The notes beneath the pieces were generated by a model, which was not told the DNA's origin, ran no database searches, and saw nothing but the letters and a program-made list of their open reading frames with translations. A DNA stretch of 63,038 bases, filler included, from Choristocarpus tenellus KU-1152 (lineage: Eukaryota; Protista; Phaeophyceae), in assembly GCA_964200185.2 (NCBI GenBank). It is 14 parts of 14 records of this genome, joined end to end, with 100 filler letters (N's around TTAATTAATTAA, not from the genome) between each part and the next. Parts side by side here need not be neighbours in the genome. Positions count along the whole stretch, not along the records: positions 36,251 to 40,583 come from CAXNAD020015072.1; positions 40,684 to 44,404 come from CAXNAD020018310.1; positions 44,505 to 48,458 come from CAXNAD020016957.1; positions 48,559 to 53,568 come from CAXNAD020012175.1; 10 more parts are not named here. One strand, written 5' to 3'. Below, piece by piece: positions 39,201 to 51,959 of this stretch. The position numbers were made by a program, and so were the translations under genes. Numbering within the stretch: the stretch's first letter is position 1; every line of letters begins with the position of its first letter.

Positions 39201-40583
39201 TGAAGACCAAGTTACCGTATTTTTTAGGATATTCTTGGAATTGATGTGAAAAGTATTATTGATGCAGATGCAGCTTATTGGCACATAAGAGAGAAGATAT
39301 GTTGGCATTGGAGAGCCAGTCTTCCGTTGCTCTTTGTGGGCAATACAAATGAATGAAACTGATTTAGAGTAAGGTAGAGTTAGTATTGAGCTATGAAGGA
39401 TAGACTGAAAGGGAAGGGAGTGTTTTGATTCCTCCCCGCCCCACCCCTGTTCAGCATTGATTGGATGAGAAATCTTTGCAGCAAAATGTGGACCATTATA
39501 CTCACAGAGTCTTAGAACTTCTATTATTTGTTGTAGTTTGCTATTCCATGAACTAGCAAAGGTATGCACGCCCCTCCCCAACCAACTGTGCCACAACCGA
39601 CGGACACACATACAGGCAAAGAAAAGGGAAAAGAAGAAACTTGCTCGAGATATTATGGGAGATCCTGCTAAAGACAATGCACCAGATCGAGGGGGTGATA
39701 GGGTTGTAATGGGGCAGGGGCAAGGCTCAAGCTGCAGCAATGGGGAAGATATCAGTAAGAGATCAAGAGGGAAAGATAATGCAGGGAAAAAGGTGCGATC
39801 TTTTTAAATGGACAGGTAAGGCAGAGATTGGGCTGAGGAGGGGAGAAGGGAGGGTCAATGTTGCCACAGTTGAAACAGTAGTTAATGAGGCAGGGACACA
39901 AATCATTTCGATTCAGTGTTGACCATTCCATTGGTTGTAATGCCTCAAGTCATACATTACCCTTACCTTCTTATTTGTGCCATGCTTTGTTTAATATGAG
40001 GGATAGGTTTAGGTGAAGATCCTGTATGGTTGATGTGCTCATTCAGAGTATTTTCCTGAGTGGTTGTCTTCGTACCTGTGAAGTACCATGTGGAGGATGT
40101 CTTTCATCACTCTGACACCATATCCCCATGTTTTACTAGACATCACCCCGACCTATTCATCAACAACCTGACCCACTCATATCCTATGTCCGCCAACTCT
40201 CCCCCCTTGTGCTATGTTGCATGCTTTTGCATGCCGACAGGGTTACATAGACAGGGGTTCACACAGTGGTGCTTCTACTGAAAGTAATAGTGAGGATGAT
40301 GATCCCTCTCGGGGGTTACAAATTCCTGCCGCTATCGCACCCTCCCACACTCGAGGCAGAGATCAGCCCCCCAAGAGCACACAAGGGGATGGCACCCCAT
40401 GGCACTCAGAACCAGTTGAGCCATCAACCACTCCACCTGCCGATGCTCCCAAGCCTAAGCCACCCACTTCCCCAGTTCCTGCCGCTGACAGTGGTGCTGG
40501 CCAAGCAAATGGTGAGGGGGCAGGGGGAGGGGGTCGCGTGGGCAAGAAGCAGGGACGAAGAGGATCAGTGCAACCCTCGGGGG
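36253..40583 (+). CDS. hypothetical protein with a Cys/His zinc finger, Lys-rich coil and Pro-rich region (internal exons)
   Basis: phase-consistent exons <36253-36404, 36887-37037 (CAICSKSYSLHGESTYFCGECKCNVCRTCDCTVFH), 38179-38256, 39616-39792, 40241->40583. Confidence 0.75.
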
Positions 40584-40736
40584 NNNNNNNNNNNNNNNNN
40601 NNNNNNNNNNNNNNNNNNNNNNNNNNNTTAATTAATTAANNNNNNNNNNNNNNNNNNNNNNNNNNNNNNNNNNNNNNNNNNNNATACTTATTTTTAAAGA
40701 AAAAGACAAGTACCATTAAGAATATAAAGAAAAAAA

Positions 40737-40914
40737 CCTGAGGGGGGGGGGGGGGGTGTGGGGTCTACACTAGGGTGTTCATTTGGCTCATAGCCAAGAA
40801 AAGTGCACTTTCATTATCCATCCGACGTATGGAATCAAGTCACCGAAAAATCGCGACATGAAAAAATTGTCCCCAAATGGACAGTCGCAACCCCCCCCCC
40901 AAATAATTCGAGCC
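40737..40914 (-). mobile_element. MITE family R2, reverse copy
   Basis: ggtctacactagggtgttcatttgg...cattatccatccgacgtatg...ccccaaatggacagtcgc...ttcgagcc. Confidence 0.85.
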
Positions 40915-42841
40915 AAATCTGATTGTTGTACATAGTTGGAAGCATCCTTAAAATGCAACTTCTGGCTACCTCTCGTTTACTTTGACTCGGTAGTGAATGG
41001 TCCACTATGCAAACGAACTGGTCTTGGACGAGATAAGGGCCGCTCACATGACCTCATGTTCGCTGACTCTCGTACACGTCCCACACAACCCTCTCCCTGT
41101 GATACATTGGTCTCGTGACACAGCAGAACCCGCAACCCTAAGTGTTTTGCCTCTTGTGCAAAGGTGTCAACAGTGCCAACACAAACTCACTCCTCACATC
41201 TGGCGCATGTCCCTTCTCTTTGTCACTAAATTATTCATAGACATTTTCAAGTTCCTGCTCCAATTCCTACTCCACCACCACGGCCTATATCCTACCTACC
41301 TACCATACATGCATATACTATCGAGCTAAAATCGTGGTTAGTATTTCATCAGAAATCAATCAAGGTAAAGCATACGTGATGACCGTGTGATCAAAGTATT
41401 CAGTTGATTACAAGTGAATGAGAACTGTGGCTACAGCTTTACAAATAATTATATAATATTATATCCACGAGTGCTTTGTATTTAGCCATGTTATATTATT
41501 TACATACGTCGAAGGATATATCAACTGCATGGATTGGTGCTTGATCCTTTATGGTGTTGCTCTCCCACACATTATCTATCCTTCAGACTTGCTCCACGAG
41601 TTAGGAGGGCTCCGAGTCCTAGACACAGTTTTAGACCAACACTATATACCATCAATGGGACATGACTGTAATCATACATAGATGCATAGTCATTTTCCAA
41701 TGGCCCTATTGCTTCAACTCGTGACTCCTAACCCTCAGCCAATGGGATATTACTATATACACCTCAACAAAAACGTCATGGCCCATTGTCCAAAACCGGT
41801 CAATTCCATAGCACAATATGTACTCGTCCAACTAATGGGCCTGGCATTTTTACTAAGAAAAACTCGATATTTGTGTTGTCTATGTACAACAGTTACAAAT
41901 TGTTCAACTACTTCACCATCCTAGATGATGAAGATCCAACGACTTTTAGTCTTCTCTGCTTTATGTACAAGACTCTTGCACTCTGCAACTCTCAGTGGGA
42001 TATGGACAGGATCTAAAGATATCCTGAGGGCTTCCACGCATACACACTCTGCCACTCAATAAGAGCATAACAAAGGACATGACCCCTTTTTCAGAGATGT
42101 GTGCATGCATCATCCTCTCTTTTTCCGAACTTAATCAAAGTAGGAAGCAAACAAACACCATCGCGTCAGCTAAATGCCTCCCAACTCCAAACTATTATGT
42201 CAAAAAATATTCAAAGGTGTGCTTGGCGTTATTGGTCAAATTACTGGGCCTCACGTCTTCAGTTCGTACAATCAATATGTAAGACTCCAACCTTTGTTTC
42301 TATGCAGCACTTGAAATTGATTCCATATCTCTAACTAATGGAGATCCTACTATTATCTACTTCATATAGATAGAAGTCCACTCACCGTACCTATCTGTAC
42401 TTTTAAAACCAAGTCGAAATATTAAAACAAAGTTTTGTTTGGCATGATTGTTCCAACGGCCGGGCAACACTACACAAAACTCCAAACTTCGTTTCTATAC
42501 AGTATTGAAGAAAAATACTCCGTATCTCTAACCAGGAAAGATCCTGCTTATTTATCTTGTGTGAACTCTCATCAGGGTACGGACAAGAACTAGCTGCCTC
42601 CTTGACGCCTCCACCCATATACAACCTGCCGCTCAAGCAGGATTTGAAGTAAAAGTAAAAATCATGAGGCGAGGGGAAAGGCGACCTAGTCGAGCAAAGC
42701 GGTGAACCTGGAACGCACCTACCCCTCCCACAATTATATTAAAGCATCAACTGTACATATGTGCATCCGGTACATGTCAGTGCATTTATCAGGTTCTGCG
42801 TCCTTAGTAGAGCAATGAAGCCCATGGCGTTGGCCTCCATC

Positions 42842-44107
42842 CTAGAACATGGGATAACCAGGAATAAATGGATTCATGGGGTGGTGGCCACTCATTGCTG
42901 GATACGTTGGGTATCCGTACATTGGCGAAACCATACCATAGCTGTCAAGTGTGGGTACTGTTGCCACTCCAAAAATATTCGGCGGCACTCCACCATGGTA
43001 TCCAGGAAATACCCCTCCAAGCTGCAATGGACAGTACGTAATGCATTGAGTCATATGTACAGGTGATTGTTTTAGGCTAGCTTTCTATTTGGGGATGTGG
43101 GTCACAATTTTTTCTCGGACTAAGCTTGAAAATCAACGCAGTAGCCGTAGCTTGTGTGGGTTCTAGAAATGAACCAAAACATGATATGTCTGATATCTGA
43201 AAAGACATAAAACTAACATAAACATGCTTCTGTCCCACTGACTCTTCATTCCTTCTTGGCTCCCGTGCTGCAGTCCTACACTATAAGCCACCTCGATTGT
43301 CCAATAAAGATAATTATCTACGAGCAGAAACTCTAGGGTGTTACATCACAACACAGGGGTCCACGAAATAGATGTAGGGCAATCATTGAATATGTCAACA
43401 CAACAAGCGAGGCGTGTCCCTCACAACCAAACAAGCACCCTTTTATTTTCTGAAAGACCAGTTTTGTACGACATGTGTTACACTTGTCACACCTGTATCC
43501 CTGGTTGCATGAATGAACCCATGAGGGTAGCCCCCATCCCCAAGGGTTGGTACTATTGTATTGCGTGAAATGTGGAGAGTCATGGCAGCCAACAAGACAG
43601 GCAGGGGAGGGAGGAACAGGTGTTATTCCTCTAAGAATACTTATTGTGCTTGGAAACACGCATTTCAGTTCTCACAAAAGTCCAATGCAATGCAATTGCG
43701 CGGTAGGTATAATAGCTTGCCAGAAGATAGCAAATCATACAAAATCAACACACTACGAGATCCCCAAGGGCCTACTTCAAAGTGCGTGCAGTTACTTGAA
43801 AAATACGCCCTGAACAGTTGTGTGTCCAACATTGACATCACCACCAGAAAAATAATGGCAAGATGTTGACTGCCTTAGAAAGAAGGAAATGATACTTTTG
43901 CGCAATTAATGTCATGGCAAAAAGTTGCTGGTGTCGCTTTCTTCATGCTTTCCTATTGTTGGAAAATGTCGCGAGGTGGAGTGGTGGTGACACAATATCT
44001 AAACAGCTATTCAGCACCCCTCAACTGCTCATAGCCCATACTTTGCTGAATGTAGGACTTTCAATAGTATCCAGGCAAATCTCAGTCCCCGCTACAACAT
44101 TGCTGAT
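42842..44107 (-). CDS. hypothetical protein, 3' exons with a Pro/Gly/Tyr/Met-rich tail
   Basis: four phase-0 exons with AG/GT borders: 44107-44042, 43952-43896, 43552-43493, 43021-42842(TAG): ISNVVAGTEICLDTIESPTFSK|ESMKKATPATFCHDINCAK|YQPLGMGATLMGSFMQPGIQ|LGGVFPGYHGGVPP...PGYPMF. Confidence 0.55.
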
Positions 44108-44192
44108 CTGGGATGACACGAGGTGAAGGAGGAAAAACAAGAGTGGAATATACTCAAATTTTAATGCGTCCTCAAGGAGCTACACGAACTGA

Positions 44193-44378
44193 GGCTCAAA
44201 GTATATGTGTGGGGGGGCGGCGACAGTCCATTTGGGGTAATTTTTTCCATGTAGAAATTTTTGTGTGATTTGGTTGCATACGTCGGATGGATAATGTAAG
44301 TGCACTTTTCCTGGTCATGGCCCAAACGGACACCCTGATGTAGACCTCCTCCTCCTCCCCCCACAGATACTTCGGGTC
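44193..44378 (+). mobile_element. MITE family R2, full copy with TGA target duplication
   Basis: tga|ggctcaaagtat ... agatacttcgggtc|tga. Confidence 0.9.
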
Positions 44379-45368
44379 TGAGAAAGTCCACGATAAGACA
44401 AAAANNNNNNNNNNNNNNNNNNNNNNNNNNNNNNNNNNNNNNNNNNNNTTAATTAATTAANNNNNNNNNNNNNNNNNNNNNNNNNNNNNNNNNNNNNNNN
44501 NNNNTCCTCCCCCCATCCATATGCAAGAAGTCCACTTGAACCAATATCTGTAACAGTTTCACAGTAATGATCCTACCACATAGAACTACAAATGTAAAGC
44601 AAACTCATTGAAGTATTTCACAGGAATGCTCTTGCTTTTCTCAATCTATGTGTGGCACAGCCCTCCAAATGATGGAACTCGTGCACCTTTTTGTTGCCTC
44701 CAAAAAAATACAATGCTATGGGTGTTTCAGAAAAAAAAAGAGTCGTAAGTACTGAACGTTTCATGTCTGTTTTTGTCTATGCACCACCATACAAGTTGAT
44801 CATGAACCACACAGTGATTGCACCCCAATCATATTGTCAACACAATGCTTAACTATTTACCTACTGTCCTGGTTTAAATGTGTTGTCTTTGGGCAAAAGA
44901 GATGCACCACTCACTGTCAAGCATTGTCCATAAACCTGATTAATCTGCAGAGAGGATAGAACTTTATGTGGGAATTCCACCAATCATCTCTCCTCTCCAT
45001 CCATATCCAAATGGTTGAAAATATAGGCTCTCCAAAAGCACACAAATAAGACATGGTACAAGCCTGCCATTCAATAGCACCAACACCCCCCCAACAGCAC
45101 CTCGCCGACAAAAGTCACTGTATCAACCCAGCACTCTGAGAAGTTATATCAATACAATCCCTCAATTCCTTGCCCTCTCCTGTTCCTCGCAATCCATCCT
45201 GCCTATTCCACACCACCCAGCCCAACAGACTCATACGTACACTACCTACATAACAACACACCCAAAACGCATCATGCCAGCCCCATCCCACAATATCCAC
45301 TGCTCTTAAAGTCCTTGGCTAAACCTACAATCTCTGTTCCTGCCCATACATACTCCTATCCCACCCAC

Positions 45369-45645
45369 CTGCCCTCCTCAGGAGCCCTGCCATCATCCAG
45401 GACTGACCCCAGCAGCAAGAAATCAGTCTTGCCACTGACTGCCTGTGTCACCTTACCTCCATACTAAGTGTAGCAAGTGATATCAGAGACAGGAGGCATG
45501 TGCAACAGTAAACAGAGAGGGGTGTTGTGTGTGATGGAACAAACGCACACAGTTTTTGGGAGAGGGGTTTAACACTGGGTTCAATAGTTAGTTGGGCGGT
45601 GAAAGAGCTTGCCAAGGCCCAATTAAGGCATACAACTGTGTGCAT

Positions 45646-45676
<31 letters not shown>

Positions 45677-48109
45677 CGCGTGTGTGTGTTTGAGTCATTC
45701 GCCGCATGGTCTTGGAGTAAGCTCCGCGGCCACAGGACAGAAAACAGAGATATTACTTGGAGTCTATAGACATACACACATCGCAGGCATCCCAAAAGGT
45801 AAAGGTAGGGAGGGTACTGTGATAGACAAAGCAGCAGTTGACATAGCAACAACACCTTTTGAGCAAAGACCAAAGAACACCCACACACCCACGAGATTCT
45901 CTATCACAAGAACATCAGGTAGACCCTTCAATACGTACGAGGGGGAACGCAATTGAAGAAACAATAAAATATTCTTGGCAAAGAAAGTTGGTGTAGCTCA
46001 GGGGCTTGGTAAACACGCACCAAGGTCAAAAAGGTTTGAGCATGCGCAGCTTATGCAGGTTTGTGACTCATCTTTTGTGTCCTAGAACGTGCCCGATATT
46101 TGCAATAGCGATAGGGGTCAAGCGAAACAACAAAGTATAGCAAGTGAGAGACAGGGCAAACAAAAGCGTGACTTGGGATTACAAAATGGTGTGTTCTAGG
46201 GATTGAGCCAAATAAATTAGAAGGATGCACAAACCTAGTCTCTTTCTGCTTGCATCAATGGGGCAATGTTCACCAGGAAGATTCCACGCACACAAACATA
46301 AATATCCATTGACCTACCTGCTGGAGCATACAATCATCTTGAGCCCTATTTTTGATTTCATACGTTCTTGAGGAACTCTATACTATATGCTCCCCTCTCT
46401 ATTGTGCAAACCCTACCCCCAAACCCACAGACGTTGATGGAAAAACAAAATGCATGGACAAGGAAGAGGAGGATGTGAATGGTGCAATTTCATCATGAAT
46501 CATCAGAGGAATCACCAAAATAGTCAGGTACTCTTGAGGAAGATGAACAAAAACAATCAATGCATTCATCCTCTCCTACCTGCTTGATGAGATCCTCAGC
46601 TTCTTCTCTCCTCAGTGAATCCAACACTCCGCTCACCACAAAGCAATTCCCTTTGAGGCACTGGTCTGCACCCTTGGGCATCTCTTTCTGCCCAGCCATG
46701 GGGGGTTGTTTGCGATCGCCTCCCCTCCAGCTAGGGTTGAAGCCACCCCCACCACCTTTCCTGACGCTGCTTGGCTTGCTTATCTCGGCCTTACCTCCTG
46801 CTTGCTGAGCATCATCCAAACCCTTTACTCTCTGGACCGTTGCACCCTTACTCTTGGAGGGGGTCACCTGGGGGGTCTTTGCAGTCTTGGAAGGGGTTGC
46901 TGTAGCAGAACCCCCTGACTGTTTCTTCTGCGATTTTGAAGATTCTTCCCCCTTGGAGTTTACATTCTGTGCAATACAGTCATCATAATCATTCTCAGTA
47001 ATCCTAGCCCTTTCCACCATAGACCTTCCCCCTGCTTTGGGAAGGCCACTGCTTTTCTTGTCCTGGAAGTACGTACTGGACATGTGTCCTTCACACTCTT
47101 CTCCGCCGTCAAGCGTTGTGTCGTCTGCAGTGTGACCCTCATTGGATCCTTTTGACTTCTTCCGTTTCTCAACCTTGGATCCCTTTCGTTTGGTCTCCCT
47201 CGCACTAACCTTCCTTTTGTGGGATGAGGGTTCCCCATCGAGTTCCTCGTCGCCATGGTCATCGTCGTCATAGTCATCAACGCCCTTGCCCTCTTCACCA
47301 CTCCTGTTGTCAGCTTCGATGAAGCTTTCATCCTCATTTGCGGAGTAATCTTCACTCCCATCTACATATTTCCTCCCTCTGGCAGTCTCTGTACCAGCAG
47401 TTCCTCTCCACCCTGCGGGCTTCTTGCGTGTCTGGGTGGATGATCGATGCGTGGTGACCGCACTGGCTTTGCGCTTGGCACCACCACCTAGGGTCTGCTC
47501 AGACAATACTACCCTAGGCTCAACGATTTCAACATCTTCCTTAATTTCTACTACAATCTCGGTAGCGGATTTTATGACTCCTGACATAGCAGCCGCGGTC
47601 TTCTTCTCCGTGCTGATGATGCTCGTCGTAGTTGAGGAGGCGAGGGTTCAAGTTACAGAGCGATCATGTGAGAGACGGCAACGCAGCAGAATGTGCGAGC
47701 TCGCGACTGTTTAGATTATGCCCCAGTAATTTCAGTGTTAATGGATCAATCGAGGTTATGTGTGAGGTGGGGTAGTATCCCATTGACAAGTGTAGGGGAG
47801 ACACTGCACAACATGTTGAGGCTTAAACATCGACCCTGCAAAGTTTCATCCAGTGATGGGGAATTCTAAAAGGGATGTAGTACATAAGATCTGAAGCCCA
47901 CAGATAAGTGATTCTGTGGTGCATTCTCACGTTGTCTTCCTGATACCCTTATCGGGTGAGGCCTTTCTGTCTGCTCGCTCGCTTTGAGACTTCTTCTTCG
48001 ACTTCGCCGCATTGACATTGGTCTTAGGCTTGCTCCCATCGATTACACCCTTGGGCGAGGACTTTGAACCTCCGCCTTGTTTAGGTCGGAAAAATGAGCG
48101 AATATCCAT
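45369..48109 (-). CDS. RFC1: replication factor C subunit 1, 5' part (N-terminus and BRCT domain)
   Basis: exons 48109-47931, 47612-46580, 45463-45369 in phase; MDIRSFF N-terminus and MPKGADQCLKGNCFVVSGVLDSLRREEAEDLIKQ|YGGKVTQAVSGKTDFLLLG BRCT. Confidence 0.93.
45638..45689. repeat. compound (TG)n(CG)n(TG)n microsatellite in an RFC1 intron
   Basis: tgtgtgcatgtgtg...tgcgcgcgcgcgcgtgtgtgtgt. Confidence 0.9.
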
Positions 48110-48399
48110 TACTTGGCAGCTTGGAGTCTGAGGGTAGAGGCCTCTCTAGTTACGTTGCAACCCTATCCTCGATCTCCCGCCAGCCCCATTGACTACCGAA
48201 AAATTTGAACTGGAGTAGTGCATTCGTTCACTACGTTTTACTGCATATTTAACGTAGGTATATAACATAAATACAGTTGTAGGAACATTTTTCTTATGTT
48301 GTGGGTGAATAGTGGTTGTGTTTTGTATTCACTGAAGTTGGGTGAAACGTACGATGCGATATACACACAACACTACTAGTTAATACTATTACAAAATGG

Positions 48400-48455
48400 T
48401 GTGGAAAGCATGTTTATCTGTTATTATACCGTTATTGCCGTATGCCATATACCGT
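48400..48455 (+). repeat. dispersed repeat R4, ~300 bp upstream of RFC1
   Basis: matches 13363-13414. Confidence 0.75.
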
Positions 48456-48674
48456 TCTNNNNNNNNNNNNNNNNNNNNNNNNNNNNNNNNNNNNNNNNNN
48501 NNTTAATTAATTAANNNNNNNNNNNNNNNNNNNNNNNNNNNNNNNNNNNNNNNNNNNNGTGGATTGTGTAGAAAGGCGGACACGGTGTATTTGAAGGCAT
48601 CTTGCAGAGGTTTCTCGTGGCACAAGGCATGGCTTCCACTTTCTTCCCCTACCAGCAACGTACTGTACTGCTGT

Positions 48675-48892
48675 GTGGTCACGACTCAGGAAGAAAGGCA
48701 CTTTTCGCGAGAAATTTTTACGCGCGCGCCAAACTCGCGTGAATATCTCCCCGATTTTGTGCCAAATCGCATGAATACGAGAATTCCGGTACAAAATCCT
48801 ATTTTTGAGCATGTCGAAAAAAGCAGTACAAAATTGCATATTTTCGATTTGGTACATAATAGTTGGCATAAAATCGGGGTAGGTACTGTACC
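48675..48892 (+). repeat. dispersed repeat R3
   Basis: matches 29930-30134. Confidence 0.85.
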
Positions 48893-48999
48893 TTAGTTTA
48901 AGTCTGCACAACGTTTATATGATACAGTGATAGTATTCTTTTCTGATTGCAGTATTCTGTTCTGAATATAAAATTCTTTTCTGATTATCCATGTGGACG

Positions 49000-50770
49000 T
49001 TGCAAACCCCTCATGGCAGTCTGCACCTGTCTTACCCCTCAAGTCAGTCAGCACAATCGAGACCACTTGTAATATTAACTTTGCATATCTACACCAAGCT
49101 ATTCACTGTCTTTCATCAAAGCTTCAAAGCCGCGGTTCCATGTGAGATACTTCAACACCATGATGATAACCCGCTTGGCGTATGGGTGGAATTTTTAACC
49201 GGCTCCCCTCTGCTGCTTGCCCCGGTGAACATATCACTCGCTCCCCCAGGTCCAAAGCCTATCATAGTTGAAGAATTTACCTGTTAGACGCTCGCATGGC
49301 GTCTCTCCTCCAAGGAATTTGTGTGGCAGGCCTCCAGTTTTGAAGGTGATGCCTGTGATGGCAAAGAACCAGTACTCGTCACCCAGCCCAGCCTTTGCCA
49401 GTTGACTCTTTGCTGCCCCCGTGAGTTGCTTTATCACCCTTTCAGCGACCCCGTTGCTCTGTGGTGTTCTCGGTGGAGATTTCCTCCTTCAGGTACCGTT
49501 GTTCGCCAGCACCCTTTGGAACTTCACCGATCTCCCAAGCTCACCCGCACCATCCCCACTGATGCATTGGACTTGTATACCTTCTTGCCATCTGTTTGAT
49601 ATAGGCAGCGGTTGTGTCCGTCGCTGCATTTTTGGTTTTCAATCCATAAACCCTCTTGTCTCGGCTCCTCTCATCGACAAGCACCTGAAAATATTTGTGA
49701 CCAGTGATGTCGGGTTGAAAGGGTCCCTCCAAATCTGTGTGTATTACCTCGCCGGGCTGCTTGGGGATCCTGCCACCCCGTTGATAGCTTAAAGCCTCGG
49801 ATTTGCATTCCTTTCAAGTCTCGCACTGAAGTTCCGGTGCCACAGTAGTGTCGGTGATCTCCAAAAGTCCACGTTTCTTGAGATGCTTGGTTGCTGATGA
49901 GTTAATGTGACCAAATATGTTGTGGCAGTGCCTCAATGTCAGACAACATCGTTCAGAACCACTCTTGTTGGTTTGCCGTCATTGTCTGTCACCGTTAGAA
50001 CTATATCCCCGGCTTCCCTCGCTTCCAATTTCCCATTGTTGGCAAAGGTGCATGTCCGTTGGTGCCCCAAGTGCTTCTGAGATCTTCACGATCAGGTACA
50101 AGATGCATGTTTGCTCCGGAGTCACACAATATCTCGACTTCCAAAGACTGGAGGAGTTGAACACCGCACTTTTGTTAACCTCCTCGCCTGCTGTCACGTT
50201 GAAAGTGGAGAAGGAGCGCGCTTGGTTCCCGTCGACTCTGCTGCTGTTTTTCCCACCAGGTAGAGGTGGCGGAAATGTTCTCGCAGGTGCCATCCCAGGT
50301 GGACGTGTTGCAGGTGGCTTTCCACTTAAATATGAGTAAAACCTCTCTCATTGATAGTTCATCTTCAAGCAGTATGCATATCTTACATTGTCATGCATTG
50401 CCAATACCCCATCATGCCCATCTTGACCTGAGTGAAAATATGTTGTCAACGAGATGATTTCCCATTTGAGCTCCTCATAGCTGATGTCCGGGTGCGTTAT
50501 AAATTGCGCGAACACATGTGGGATGGCTTCCTTGATCCCAAGCAGTATATATGCCCTCTTCATGTTTTCCGATTTTAACTCCTTGAGCTCATCAAATTCC
50601 CAAATTGTCGCTCGAGTTTAACGACGAAATCGGTGCTATCCTGAGACGCCACAAAAACCGTAGTTCTTGGAGTTTTGCCTCCAAAGTGATGACGTGCACG
50701 GGGATCTTGTCCTCCGCGCGTCCTCCGTAGACTATTTCTAGTTCCAACCAGGCCCCTCTGCCGTCTGGTC
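49000..50770 (-). mobile_element. degenerate Ty1/Copia gag-protease-integrase
   Basis: minus strand VEILCDSGANMHL (~50105-50138, protease), LLWHR (pre-integrase), GPFQPDITGHKYFQVLVDERSR..VYGLKTK and YWFFA..GETPCERLTGK (integrase); Copia domain order, with frameshifts and stops. Confidence 0.85.
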
Positions 50771-51030
50771 GAGTGAAAGCATCTTAGAGGGTAGGAGTAT
50801 TGCCCTGTTCGTCCATCTGGGGCTTGGATTCCCATGGGGTTATTTATGACATTTTACCTACTCCGAAATGTTTTGGAGTAGGTAAAATGTAAATGTTATG
50901 AAAAGGTGCGTCTGGAACAAGGATATTGACACTTCCTAACAAATATGATAGCCAAAATTACATTAAACTTTCAACGTTGGATTTTGGCCGCCAAATGAAC
51001 ACGACCCTACCCTCTAAGATACTTCGACTC
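50771..51030 (-). mobile_element. MITE family R1, full reverse copy
   Basis: gagtgaaagcatcttagagggta ... taccctctaagatacttcgactc; 16-bp perfect internal stem at 50849-50890. Confidence 0.9.
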
Positions 51031-51342
51031 GTTGACCCCCGTTTTCGTAACATGCATCGATTGCCGATGCCGATTCCTTTGTTGCTTGAATACGCAGGAA
51101 CCATAACGCCTTGTTGTTCTTGATATGCGTGGCATGTGCTGTTCGCACTGCCTCCCCTGAGATGGTGGTGGGTGTTTCAGGAATCTCATTGTCCCTCATC
51201 GTAATCTCGTAAAAACCCTTTCCACCAGTGTGGCTTATCACTGACAGTCTCCAAGTGGACCAGATCTCAAATGACCTTCCTGTGGCCCCCGTCCAGACAG
51301 CAAGCTTCTTGAGGTCGGTCTCCATTCTACTACGGCTCATAA

Positions 51343-51601
51343 GAGACAAGTACCTTAGAGGGTAGTAGAACCGCGTCCAGTTGGGGCCAAAATCCAATGT
51401 TGCAATTTTGATGTAATTTTGGCTATGTGTTTGCTAGGAAGTATCAATATCCATGTTCCGGACACACCTTTTCATAACATACACGCTTTACCTACTCCTA
51501 AACATTTTGGAGTAGGAAAATATCAGGAAAGAACCCACGGGAAGCCAAGCCCCAAATGGACAAACAGGGCAAAATTCGTACCCTCTAAGATACTTTCACT
51601 C
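51343..51601 (+). mobile_element. MITE family R1, full copy
   Basis: gagacaagtaccttagagggta ... taccctctaagatactttcactc. Confidence 0.9.
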
Positions 51602-51959
51602 CAGCCTGTGCAATTTACCTTGGGAGGTAATGCTATTTATCAATAGTGAAGACAGGAAGGTGTGAAGCCTCACACGATCCCCTTTGCTGAACGTGGAAAG
51701 AATGGATGGATAAAATTAGAAGAGTGACCTTTGAGGGGTATCTTCTTATTGCTTGTTTTATTATTATTTGTGCTTCATACGTAAGTCAACGGTTACGTCA
51801 AAGTAGTTGAATGCAGAATAAAAACTCATAAATAATCCCATTCACAAACCGGATGTACTATATCTTTAGTTACATCACATGGACACATGTGCAATCTCTC
51901 ATACACAAAATATGGTGCACCTCACTATTGTCTTATTATGCATACTTTCAATCGGTGCT

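Noticed and set aside
43493-43552. DGGYP motif suggesting a Harbinger transposase
   Set aside because: Another frame forms a clean phase-0 exon, and no other DDE motifs are nearby.
51014-51646. ORFs 51014-51397, 51419-51646 and 53337-53624
   Set aside because: Largely translations of non-coding MITE sequence.
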